Assembly: GCA_013115145.1 (NCBI GenBank)
Contig: JAAPAO010000193.1
Span: 1 to 55,455, forward strand
DNA from: Perkinsus chesapeaki ATCC PRA-425
Taxonomy: Eukaryota > Protista > Perkinsozoa
DNA: 55,455 nt
Reading direction: 5' to 3'
The notes beneath the pieces are model-generated. The model did not search any database. It was not told the origin of the DNA and saw only the letters and a list, made by a program, of their open reading frames with translations. Of this stretch, positions 33,340 to 45,489 are shown piece by piece (the first letter of the stretch is position 1; every line of letters starts with the position of its first letter). The position numbers and the translations under genes were made by a program.

Positions 33340-34304
33340 TTAATTCAAATCTAGGGTGTTGCTATAATCCATTCCAATCGGTTTGCATACCGCTCCCTCC
33401 CCGTATTGACAAACATTGAAGCATAACACTCTGATGACAACACGATAATCATGATTGAGTTGCACAAATTGGCTTAACAAAGGACTCTTCACTGCTCGGG
33501 GATGACTGGATTTTTGTACCGCTGACGAAAAAGGCGTTTCCTTAGCGGAGCGAAGCGCCGACCCCACACCTTCGTATTGAATATGCATTTGGGTATTCAC
33601 TTGGGGAATACGTAACCCCACCGCAGCGCTTTCCAATTTCTATACAGCGGTGTTTCGCCTCTGACAAGAACGAGTCGTTCTGAACGACGGTAAAAGAGGA
33701 ATGAACCGGCAGCCAACCTGCCAGTGTTGGAAATGCCCGAGGATCCGCCAGCCCTTCTAGAAAACTGACAGTGAAATCATGAGCGTGTTAACGAGCTAAC
33801 AATCACCTATTGACGTGATGTGGCCAATCACATGCCTGCTTGTCGGAGGATATACAACTCCCTTTCAACCACACCTGATAAGTCGATAACAGAGGGCTTA
33901 TAATTACGGTTACTTCATGACCGGCCTCGGTAGTACTGATGGCTGGATCACTTTCCTTACCGATATTCCAAAATTTATGAGAGCCTCGAATTGGTCGATC
34001 TGTCAGTACTGCTAAAGCTTGCCTACCAACCCTATATGCCTGCACGCCTGCACAGGCGGACTTGATCTCCTCGCATCGACGCTGAGCCATCACGAGGCGC
34101 GCATACGGACTGTGGTCGAGGTTCCGAAGGACTACCTGGAATAATGTGGCGCGCGGTCACCAATCGTAGTAACCATACAGTGTTTTCTGTCTTCTGCCAT
34201 TCACAGCTTAATTTTGCCGCTTTCTCATCTACCGTTTGCTCATCGAGACTCTCCGGTGGACTTGGACGGTCATCTGGCGTCACGTCACGCGGGTGAGCAC
34301 TCAT
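33340..34304 (-). CDS. Hypothetical multi-exon protein; could instead be 5' exons of the downstream phosphatase
   Basis: ATG at 34304 (MSAHPRDVTP...), chained ORF pieces with GT-AG boundaries, no recognisable domain. Confidence 0.35.
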
Positions 34305-36983
34305 CCATTTTTGCTTCAGAAAATCGGATTTACTTGACCAGAGGTATACCTTCGCGGCATCCACGTGACACGAACGCCTCGCCTTCTTTCAAACCTTTTC
34401 CCTCTCTGCGTTGCTTAAGGCCTCCTGGGGCGCCAAAACTGTGTCCCAGTCCTCCCCACCGAGGGGGTCCATACCAGTAAGAGCGAAAATGCACATTCTG
34501 CACTGTGAATGGATGTACCTTCGGAAGGCGTCGAGACTTGATATGGAAGTGATATCATCAATACTTAGATATATAGATTGTCCGCTACTGAGTAATAATA
34601 ATTAACCAATATAATAAATATAAAAGACAGTATCCTATGGTGTTTATATTTTTATAGATTATTGATTATAAAAGACAAGAAGAATTGTAGGAATTTTCCG
34701 ATTCCAAATCTGAAGAAGATCGTACCGATTCTAACTTTCATAGACTTGGAAAGCTGAGGAGGTAGATCAAAACAATAAACTTATTCGGGTAACATCACAT
34801 ACTGATATCTAGAAGATCGGACAAAATGTTCTTTAACATTCCCCGGAGATGTCCACCAGCTTGTGTGTTCCAACCACAGGGTTTTGTTACTGGCAACAGC
34901 TTTCATATATCTAATAAATATTCCTAATAAATGGTCTTAGTAGGATAACATCACCCAGCGACCTCCCTTGGCCCTGAGAAATCATCGACATTGATGATAG
35001 CGCGGCGGTTGGGCAGTAAGGAATTGACTTCCGGGCAACCTCGGAATACCACGATCGCTCCGCCCTGGACGGGGCTCTGGAAGCCATCGGCGGAAGCATT
35101 ATTACTTGTAGGGCCCTTGAGATCTTGTCAGAGCAATAAAGCTCATAAGGTTCAATAGCAATGTAAAAAAGATATCTGCAAGGTTGGTATGTTGACTAAG
35201 TCTAAAGACAGTTACTGTTGTAATATGTCCTGTGGCGCTCCTACAGCCCTTTGGTCGTCCTTATTATGGAGGCAAGGGCCCATGCTATCAATTGGGTAAT
35301 GGTCCATTAACTCACGCACCTACACTTTACTTGCACTTTTGAACTATGCCAAAGGCAGTCTCCGAAACAATGCCGGTGAAATAGACCACTTGCGTTTGCA
35401 GGGATCGAAATTTTCGATGAATTTTCGTGGAACTCTGGACAATTTTCACCCCTTCGCACCGAAAGGGCATATCCTATCATCATGAGGAATACACGTACGT
35501 GTAGAAGGTTGACGTCGTCGTATGGACGACAATCCGAATTTCGCAACGATCGTGAGCGCCTGGAATTAGCTACTTATGGGATCTTACAAACTGAGCTCTT
35601 CCAGTGGGAGAGTCGCACGCACGCTGTAGATAAACTGCATTTTTGCTGCGTTTTTCGAAAGGTGTCTGAAAACATCCAATGTGCTACCGGCAGTATCAGG
35701 GTAATAGATGTACTTTAGTTGGTTTCCAGAATACGGGATCCTCAAAGAAGTAATCAGATATTAAAGGTGTTAGGATATGACTTGATACACCTAACCGTAT
35801 GGGAGTGTTAGCGATGCAAAGCAGAAAAGGCGGGCCCTTTGAGCATAGTACTAAGGGAGCGAAGTGATAACAAAGTTAGTCCTACTCAATAAAAGAAAGA
35901 CATTGAGATGAGACATGTTGAGGCCTGCATTCAGCAAATTGATATTTATATAATATACTAAATAGATATGAATAATACTATAATAACCCTTAATACTACT
36001 ATATAAATTTATAATAAAATCATGATGAATATAAAACTAACTTCATTACTACTATATATAATGATATACATTTTACTAACAATATACTGAATAGATATTA
36101 ATCACATAGTGAATAGTGAATACTAACAACCAACAAGTCGGACTTGTAGGATATTATAAATTACAACTTTTCCGATTCTAACTAACTTGGCTAATATATT
36201 AAAGTCAACGACTATTTTATGGATACAGCCCAAAACAGAGGGATATACTTTGTCACCTGCTTCAGCGGCTTCGGGTTGATGACCGTCAATAATAGAAGTT
36301 GCCGTAGCGTCAAACTGATAACATGGGACCTCATCATCATAAGAAAAGGTGATCCCACATGAGATAATATATTTTTATCTCTTATTCCGGGATGAAGATT
36401 ATCCGGTTCGATTTGTAAGGCAATCCATCGCTGCCCGGGCGGTTTTTTGTCATTTGTGTAGCCCCCAAAATTGACTAAGTGATGAACGACTCCGTCAGCT
36501 GAAGGAAATGTTAAGTTTTCCGGGGCGTCTGTATTGTTACGTCCGCCTACCCTCTGCTGCTCTGTGTCTTTCATGGGTATATTCACACTTTACTGGACAA
36601 GGGCTGTACAGCTGATTAGGTTGCTGCTGACCCCAGAAGGTATCGGCAAATAGTATCAATGCTGATCGCTGAAGGAAACGAATGATACGTAGCACGATAT
36701 AGACAACATTACAAAGTAATGCTCATATCAGGCTGCAATACCATCATAATTGGTATTGCTAGATTCCACTGTATGAGACACCAATAACGATAAAAGCATT
36801 GCGATATGTTCATTAGTTATACTATATGGCAATGGAAAGATTCACTCACACAAACTTGCTAATTGTCTGAGAAGTCTCTTGAGGGTGCATTCTGGTGTCG
36901 TTGGATTAAGAACGAGCCCGACCTTGAGGAATGCTCACGTATGATTTAATCGCCAATATGAATGCCCAGGAGTATCAATGCCC

Positions 36984-37669
36984 CTAAGGTTCTATTCGAC
37001 CATCGAGGCTCCCGTAAAGTACAATAGTCTTCCATAGGGAGTCGAGCCAAACGTTCTCAAAGCCACAAGATGGGGGGCAGCTACCACCGTATACTTCGCA
37101 CGAGAATACGAGATTTGGCCAGCGGTGTGCTAGGGCGAGAAATACCTTGGTTATGCCATCGAGGATGCGGTCGATATTTGCCGTTACTTTCCGTAGCATA
37201 GCATTAACGTATCGTTCATCAAGTCCTGTGGAGTTACGTTGCCAGGTGTGCTCTGTTGAAGTGTTTACCGTATCCCATCTTTTTCAATTCGGCATTGGTC
37301 ATGTGCGTTAATGATCTGACTGGAGCCATCAGGACAGGAACTACGCTGGCCTTCGATGGCTGAGGTGTCATCCGGAGAAGGCCACGTGGGTCTGCCGGAG
37401 AGTCTTCTCTGGCTTTCAATTGTGAACTCGTATCTTCGTCTGGAGGACTCCGGAACGCCCTGGATGGCGGGAGGTTTCTCCCTAATGAGCGATCGCATGA
37501 GTTTGATGGCCCAACTTATCGTGCAACTCGATAAGCGCGATGAGCAAGTCACTGACGGTTGCGAATAATCACAGGTGCTGGGAGCTTTCGCGATCGTCAT
37601 GGAATTCAGGAATCCAGGAGGGAACATTGCGAGTGTTTCTTCGTTTACTAGGAATATATTGACCTGCAA
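36984..37669 (-). CDS. Hypothetical protein (fragmentary)
   Basis: Overlapping minus ORFs in a GC-richer island; LTHMTNAELKKMGYGKHFNRAHL is weakly SAM-like. Confidence 0.25.
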
Positions 37670-38507
37670 GCTCTAAGCTATTTTTCAACACTACCAACAT
37701 TTCAAGGTAATCGAAGAGAGTATTTTGGCAATGCTGATTGAGAACTAATCACACTAGTGAAGTCAGCTTGCCATTATTTACCTACTATTGAAAAGGGTTC
37801 ACTAAGCGGTATTTAATATAAGCTGCTAGTGATGAAGTTGATCCTATCCTTTACATGTAGTGATACGCATACGCTCAGTTATATTAGTAAGTACATAATG
37901 CAGCATTATAAGAAATACGTTCACCTATTGGCGGCGCTACGGAACGATTATAAATATACTGAGAACTGTCCGGTACAAAAAGGACAATGAAGAGGTGTTG
38001 TCAAATTCCGCCGAGACCTACCACCATCAGAGGCTTCCTTTTTATATCGCTTCAGCTCGACAGACAAATCGATAATGGCCTAAAGAACTACCAGATTGGC
38101 TTCTGAGAGCAAAGAGCACTCCCTTACACCCTCAAGCTGCCTTAGACGTGCTGTAGTTGTCGAGTGAACGTAATAACTAAAACATGATAACAATACATAT
38201 ACTGTGGCAGTCTTACGTATTCATCATGACACATATCAATACCAGCATCATTAATACTATAACCGCTACCGCAAGGCCTCTCCCGACTGTGCTGGGCGAT
38301 TGCCGGGAGAGCGTACTGCGGACCATGAGAATGAAAAAAAAATGCAGCTACTAATTTTCATTGGTCCCATCGTAATAATCTCGGACGCTGTAATGAATCG
38401 CTCAATTGAAACGCCGACAGTTTCAAACTAACACAGATATATTCAAGGCTGCCCGTGCGTCATGGCAATTCGATGACCTACTAGTATCGCTTCCGACACG
38501 GATTGTC

Positions 38508-39852
38508 ATGTTTCGTGTGAGCCGAACTACTAGAACGTTTATCAAACATTAGTATCTATCTGAAGCAGATCCGTCTGGACTAACTCAGCCAAACATACCG
38601 TCAGTAACTGACTTTGTAAGTGCTGCCATCTTGGTGAATTATTTCCATTATATGATTCAATCACCCTTCGCCATTTACAGGATTCACTGTTTTCAGTCGG
38701 GGCCCCACGACACGCCCCCGCCGTCGCTGAGTTGCGCTCGCCCGTAACGGTAGGATATTCATGGATGAGCTGCACTTATAAGTACAGTGGCTAAGCCATC
38801 ACGCTCCACTATGATAGATCTATCATGGTCGAATTTCCACCAGAGTGAACCGTCAGAGAAAATAACGCAGCCAAACGTAGGAAGGTTCTGGCTGTTATCT
38901 TCGCACTGGTTGCTGATTAGATGTCTCATGTGGATGTAATCGACTTGGCTTACAGCAATGTAGGAACTGCTCGAGGAGATATTGAAGACAATCTTATAAC
39001 CCTCCGCAAGGAGGCAAGTGCCTAGTGTACTTCTCGATGATGGTGAAGCGTCAGTTACGTATTGCGACCGCGGAGCTGCAGGCTGCCGAGAAGGCTTTGG
39101 AAGCAGCCAAAAAGGAAAAGGACTTTGCAAGAAGTAAGACTCTGTCAAAGCAACAGAGGTTGATCGCTGTTGTGAAATAACAGATGCTGAGAAGACCAGA
39201 GATGCCCGCGCTACAATCGAGGCCAAAAGTGGCGTCGCTGGGAGGTTGAAAAAAGATATCAGAAAGTGACGTGGAGACAGCTTGTGTGATAGAGGTTTTC
39301 TCAGTTCAGAGGAAGTCCTTCGAAGGGAGTCCCCAATAACAAGTATCCTACAAAACTACTCCAGTGCGATTCCAACAGTTAAAGTGCTGAGAATGACAGC
39401 GTGCTGTCTGACTGGAGAAACACTGAGGATCCTACTGGAGGAGTTGGAGGGAAAACAGTGTCTACTTGAAGAGCTGGTACGTCTACTATCAGCGAGCTGC
39501 CGGGGCTGGTTTCCGATCGAACTGTGGGAGCTTTCAGGTACTCGATTGCAATGATTTTTCTGATCCTTCATGTTGTGATATAATCTCAAACATTATCAAC
39601 AGCAAGTCCTTGCCTTGTATCAAGACGCTCTCCATCAGGCATTGCGGCATCGACACTGAAGGGCTTTCCGTAAAGCTACCGAAGTTGACATGCTTATTAG
39701 TTTTTGCCCAGGCGATTCTTTCGTGTTTGGCTGCGCCAACTACGATAGAAAAGGTCGATCTCCGAGACAATCCTCAAATACCCGATAAAGTGATGAAAGT
39801 GGCGGTGGACAGCCTGATGCGATTCAACCAAAGAATCAAGATAGCATCATAA
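38508..39852 (+). CDS. Coiled-coil plus leucine-rich-repeat (RI-like) protein; multi-exon, start uncertain
   Basis: Coiled-coil exon QLRIATAELQAAEKALEAAKKEKD; LRR-like VKVLRMTACCLTG, LDCNDFSD, IKTLSIRHCGID, IEKVDLRDNPQIPD; stop ending at 39852. Confidence 0.7.
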
Positions 39853-40143
39853 CAATATTAGCAGTTTCAAAAGACGTTGCGTTATAGTTGATAAGTCGAA
39901 CACCAAATGACTGTTACTTTCGAAACCAGCCTGAGCAGATAGAAAGTATATCGACCAACGAGCACCCTGTTAATATAACACTCAAGGGACAATAGCAACA
40001 GATGCCTTGATTAAACAGAGTGTTAATTATTCTATAACGCAATCCACGAGATTGACGACGGTAACCCGCTAGAAACACATCGGTCGCTGGAATGAGCGTG
40101 CTTATAAAAATAACTGGTCAAACTGGGGTGCTTAGAAAGAAAT

Positions 40144-43100
40144 TCATTTATCTAAAAACTTAGTAGCTTGTTCGGTAGCTTGCAGTAAATCAACCTCCTG
40201 ATTACTCTTGATGGCGGAGATTAGGATGCCATCATCTCCTCCGCTCGTGGTTATTGCTGTATAACGTTCAACATCTGGTACACTCAAATGAGTTATTCTT
40301 CTAATGCCAGTAGACATATCCCAAATATGGATATCACCATTATTAGTAAGAACCAATAAACCGTATTTGTCAGAATTAGCAATGCCAGTTATTTTATTTG
40401 GTTCATGATTATAATTACCAATCTTAGCCTGGCGATGCCAAACACCATCATTATCAAGAGATAACAAGTATAAATTATTATCAGGTGTGGAAACAGCCAA
40501 ACTTCCCTCTGATAAGAATGCCATCTTCTCGACTTTAACAGGCATAGCCTGAGAACTGCCAGTGGAGGGATCTATGAGTCCTTCAGTCCCATTGGCAACC
40601 ATCACTTTTCCATACAGGCTGATGATATCACTCGGGTTCAGTTCCCGGTCAGGGTATCTTTTCGGCCAAATAGATATGCCATCAGTAGCAATGATTGCGT
40701 TGTTGTTGTCAACGGCCAAACCAATTGGAGTAAAAAAAGGTGGCAACGGTTCGGTGACAGAAGTAGAGCTGAAAACCGGGCCCGACAGGCCGGTACCGGT
40801 GGGAACGCCAGCGCACACGAGGATCCACCAGAGAAGTCTAAACGCAAAATGGGAAGGACAAATAAGGATAAATACAGTAACTTACCCTATGAACCAGCAA
40901 AATATGACAATAAAAGAAATTTGTTTATAAATAGACCAAGGACGGATGAGATACCGTGAGATACTGGCATGACGGCCGGTGTGATGCTGCTCGCATGGCT
41001 TGCGGAGAACGGTTTCGTCATCATCTGAACACCTGGGAAGCAGTGAGTTGGAAATATAGAAGGGATATCCTACCTTCTCGAGGATGATAACTCTTCAACA
41101 CTTTTACCAAAGCTTTTCACTTCATCATCCAGTCCACGGGAACGCTACACGAAGCGGGGGAATACGCGGACTGGCAGAGGGAGGAGACTCACCTTGTCAA
41201 AACACGATTCCTGCCATCTGTCTTCTGGCGCCTTCCCCTCACCGTAATGGACTTCCCACCATGTTCCTGAATGCACTAATTTCCATGCAGTAAAGAAAAA
41301 CCTCGCAGCAGCGGAAAGATTGGGCTTTGCTCGGAGGATCGAGTAACAGACGACGAAAAATCTGTGTAACTCACCTAAATCACCGCAACCGATCTCAGGT
41401 TTTTTGAGGCCTTCTTCCATCATGGTCATATCCAAATCACCTCTGAAAGTAGCCAATACCGCAGGTGTGGATGTTATGTATGAAAGTCACCTAGTTCGCT
41501 TAAAGTCCTTCTCAAGGTCAGTGATCCTGTTCTGACCATGAGCGGTGATATCATTCCAGTGCCTTCGCTCCGCCTTGATCAACTCTTCAATAGCGGTTTC
41601 TCTTCTTTGGCATTCGGTCAAATCGGTATCATCACCGCAATGTTTTTCGCGGTCTTTGTGGTCCCACTCGGAGTCGCAGGGCTTGCCAGTCTGAGATAAC
41701 GACGATCTTGACCATCGACAAGTAAGCCGTCACGACCATATTAGTTTTTTACTACTTCACGACAAATTCCAGGACAAAATATTACATTGTAAATTTTTTT
41801 ATCAAAAATTACTAGTATTGAAAAATGTTAAAAAATATATCAGAAGCTGAAAACACGCAAAGTATTTTTTCCGTTTATTGTCAATGAGTCACGGGAGCTA
41901 AGGAAACTTACCTCGATGCCACCCTCAGCCATTTGGCGTCGAAAGAAGTCATAGAAGGGGTTTTCATGCATTAGGATATCTTAACGGAAAGCGAGTACGA
42001 AGTGAGTGGTATTGGCATGAACCCACCCGAGGTCATACTGACAATATTGAACTTGCCGGGTACGATGCCAACTGACTCTAATCCTTGCAATATCAAATAG
42101 AGGTACCAGATAGCGTGTAGAGCGATGGAAGCCAACGCTACATCCTCTCCTGAATAACAAGACATCCGAGGCAAAAAACCCTTTCAAACCGATCGACGAG
42201 AGCCCACCTATAGACGTCCAGCCGGCATAGTCCATAGTGGCTGCGGCGGCCGCCGATAAAGGTGTCAGATAAACCAATACTAACATAACCAGAAGCTCAT
42301 TATAAGTGGAAATGATGATATCCATTCGGAGATGAAGCATTGCAGCAGTTGAGATAACAACAGTGAATGCCCAAGCTGCCCATGGCTCACGATCCCCCAT
42401 CATGGTAGACCTGATGAATGCGTTGAGGAAACGCAAGATTGCAAGTTTCACTTACCCCATCGCGAAGTCTGAAAGTGTCATCAACATTTGATTGGTGGCC
42501 AATACCATAAAGACTCGAGCGTAGGCATCATAACCTTGCCATGATTTCTGGATGCTTTCGAAAAGTGAAAAGTGTGAAACTGTGTATCTATCAACATTGG
42601 TATGAAATGCTCGGCAGGCGGATCAGCCCGACTTATCATTTTCATTGTGGAACATCATACCGTTCTCTCCGACATCCCTCGCGTCCTCGGGGGAGGAGCC
42701 AGCAGGACTAGACAGGTTTTTGGATAATCTCCGAAGGACTGGGATTCTGAAGATCTTCTTTAATGGATTGCATTCGAAGCGCTGAGAGGCAGAAATCAAG
42801 AATATGGAGCACCCTAAAGTCCCTATGTCATCGCGGAAGCCATGAAGCATACAACAAGTATGCGCCGTTGTGCATCCTAAACCGGTACTCTAAAAAAATT
42901 CTAGTGAGAGAACTTCCTTCACTAGAAATATATTTTCCTCTAGCTTTCTTTCAAGAAGAAACGTGAAGATCACAGCATCTGAGACGCTGCATCTCGTATT
43001 CCACTACGGTTTAAAATTCATCGCAAGGAAGACTTACCTCCATTGTATCTGCCGCATTGTCAATATCAGACATCGCTGGCAAGGGAAGCCTAATGGATGC

Positions 43101-43875
43101 AGATCACCAATGCAAAGGTGTCATATTGCGACTACCTAAGCCAGCGAGTGAGAAGTTTGACTTCGAGGGATTGTGCAATAATGGATGCGTGAAGGGAGAA
43201 TGAAACAGAGAGTAGCAGTAGGATAGTACAGATCGATAAGTTGAGAACCCTGAAATACATAGCTTGTAATACTGTGCAACAGAAAGACTTACCAAATGAA
43301 CCAAAGCCAAGGCGGAACGTCCTTCGGATCTGGTATATTAGGCTGAAGCATGCCGTCATAAATTGAGTGGATACTCACTGCCAGGGCAACTGAGTTCACC
43401 AGCAAGTAAGTGTCCATCCTAGAAATGGTGAGGCCAAAGAGATCTCTGAGATCTTCCCTATAGAGGCCGATCTGAAGCACAACCAACTTGTCACTATGCA
43501 TCCAGTTTATAATAACCGGTTGCTCGATACGAACTTTGCGGGCCGGAGACTTGATTTTCCCACAGGATCTCTGGTCGACAGTGAATCCGACTAAAGAGTG
43601 TGCTCTTGAACAGAGAAGCCTGTCAGTGGATGCATTTGCCCTAGGCTTGGAAGTAATGTACTTAGCATTGCTGACTGACTACTCGGATTTCCCTTGATAC
43701 TCCTTGAAGAGTAGGGACTTACTTGATTTATTCGCATATCTTGAACTTGATGGACCATCCATTGCCTCAACGTCTGATCAAGAATGAACGCGGCTTTGTT
43801 ATAGGAGAATAGTGCTCCTGCGGTAGTGCACGCCAGGGAAGCGCCTGAAACTGCTGCTGCAGTTGCGGCTGCCAT
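40144..43875 (-). CDS. Multi-pass membrane protein, paralog 1: Orai-like 4-TM core, extra TMs, coiled coil, TM and a beta-propeller-like C-terminus
   Basis: Start MAAATAAAVSG...LFSYNK at 43875; LYREDLRDLFGLTISRMDTYLLVN; LHASIIAQSLEVKLLTRWLR; KSWQGYDAYARV; GDREPWAAW. RPWSIYKQ...CWFIG splices in frame (GT ~40879, AG ~40837) to LLWWIL and the 224-aa ORF 40144-40818. Confidence 0.7.
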
Positions 43876-45489
43876 TATTAATATACATGCTAACAACAAG
43901 AAGTGTTTTCAAGTAGACCTCCATCTCCGCCTCAGGCGGTGTTGACCAGCCCCTGATGTGTCGGTTTTTTTCGAGTGCGAAAACCACTTGTTTCAAAGGC
44001 TATCGCTTCCACAGCACGAGCCTGAATTTTGTTCTGGAATCATTCCAGAATTGTCTCTCCTAGACTTCAGCAATGTAATACCGGTGTGACTGGCCGAATC
44101 CTCTCGAATGCTGCTGCAGTCGGCGGTGCCTGATGACGTGGACCGCCCCATCATGCGCGCGCAAAGCGTCGATTACCATTGAGGATCGGACAAATACTAG
44201 TAAAAATCGAAAATAGCGTGGCGTGCCTAACGCCCCGGAGCTCAAAACTACGGTGCTCGAACTATAGCGGAGGAAGAATGGAAAACGGTTTTGTTCGTGT
44301 TGAATGCACGCCTCGAACTTCGCCGGCCCAAAGGCTACTTGGCTAGTCTGGTGCTTTCGCATAATTGTACACTCAATGTGGGTCGGCGCTGCGAGGCGTA
44401 AGCTTCTCGAACACTGGCGACAGCCCTGGAAGAGACGCCAGCTTAGCGCGGTCTATCGCCCTAGAGCAGACGTCCGGCGATGTGACCACCACTCTCTCCA
44501 AGTCAGTCCATAATTCTATAAAAGCAGCCTCAGGGCCTGAGGCTCAGGCTGCCAGCCTGCCCTGGACAGAAGTTGTTCCTGGGAATGTAAGCTCGTGGAT
44601 CGAGCCTCGATCATCGAGGTGATTGAAAATGTGAACCGCTACCATCAGCCACAGATTCTTCGAGTGTACCGCTTAAGTAATGCTACTCATGGACAGCAGA
44701 CCAATACATTCTTCCCACACTCTCATACACTTACATATTGAAAGCCGAAAGCGACTCGATAGCGCTGTTGCGCTAAACTAAGATTGGAGGCAGCGCGCAC
44801 AAGATACCTGTTTCGTGACACTGCATCACAAGAAGGTTACACGATGTAACCATCATCCTCGGACCAGGGGCCCTGGCTGTTGTTTCCTAGGGCATTTCCG
44901 AGCCGCAATGAATGAAAAATCCCAGGAGCGCCACTGACAGTGTCAGCGATCACTCAGAGTTATTCACTGAGTGACTTTCACTCTGACAAACGAACTTGTC
45001 GTCTCACTCTCCAATAGTCAACCTGCATGGTAGAATGACGCATCTGATGTACTGCGCGGCAGACAAGCACCGGGAAGTCCCAGGCTCACACTTCGGTTGG
45101 AAAGGAGACTGACATTAGCAGAGTGCAAGGAGGAGAAGTTCTCCTGGAGAACTCAACAACAAACGCTATCATTCCCTCAACTGCCAACCATGACCAGCTT
45201 TAACACCGAGACTTTATTTTGAGAACGCTCGAAACTGGAGATTAATCGGCTTAGAACAGGCAGCGAAATCCTTCGAGTTTTCGCTAAACCAAGAATGTTA
45301 GGTCCACACCGTCAACTGTAAACGGACAGACAGCCCGCTGCTCCCAAAGGAAAAGCATCGTTACTAAAGTTACAGAAAATAAGGTACTTATGAGACATTG
45401 TGAATAGGTTTAAAATAGCAATAGAATGATAGCCATACTACATTTCATACGAAATATTGATATAAATAGCAAACGCGATACGAAAAGAT

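Noticed and set aside
33876-33916. RecQ-like motif VTVIISPLLS
   Set aside because: Encoded within an apparent ~41-bp GT-AG intron on the minus strand, and no helicase motif I or II is nearby.
36212-36586. 124-aa minus ORF with an HPG motif (integrase zinc-finger-like?)
   Set aside because: No CxxC or DDE motifs follow; cannot be supported.
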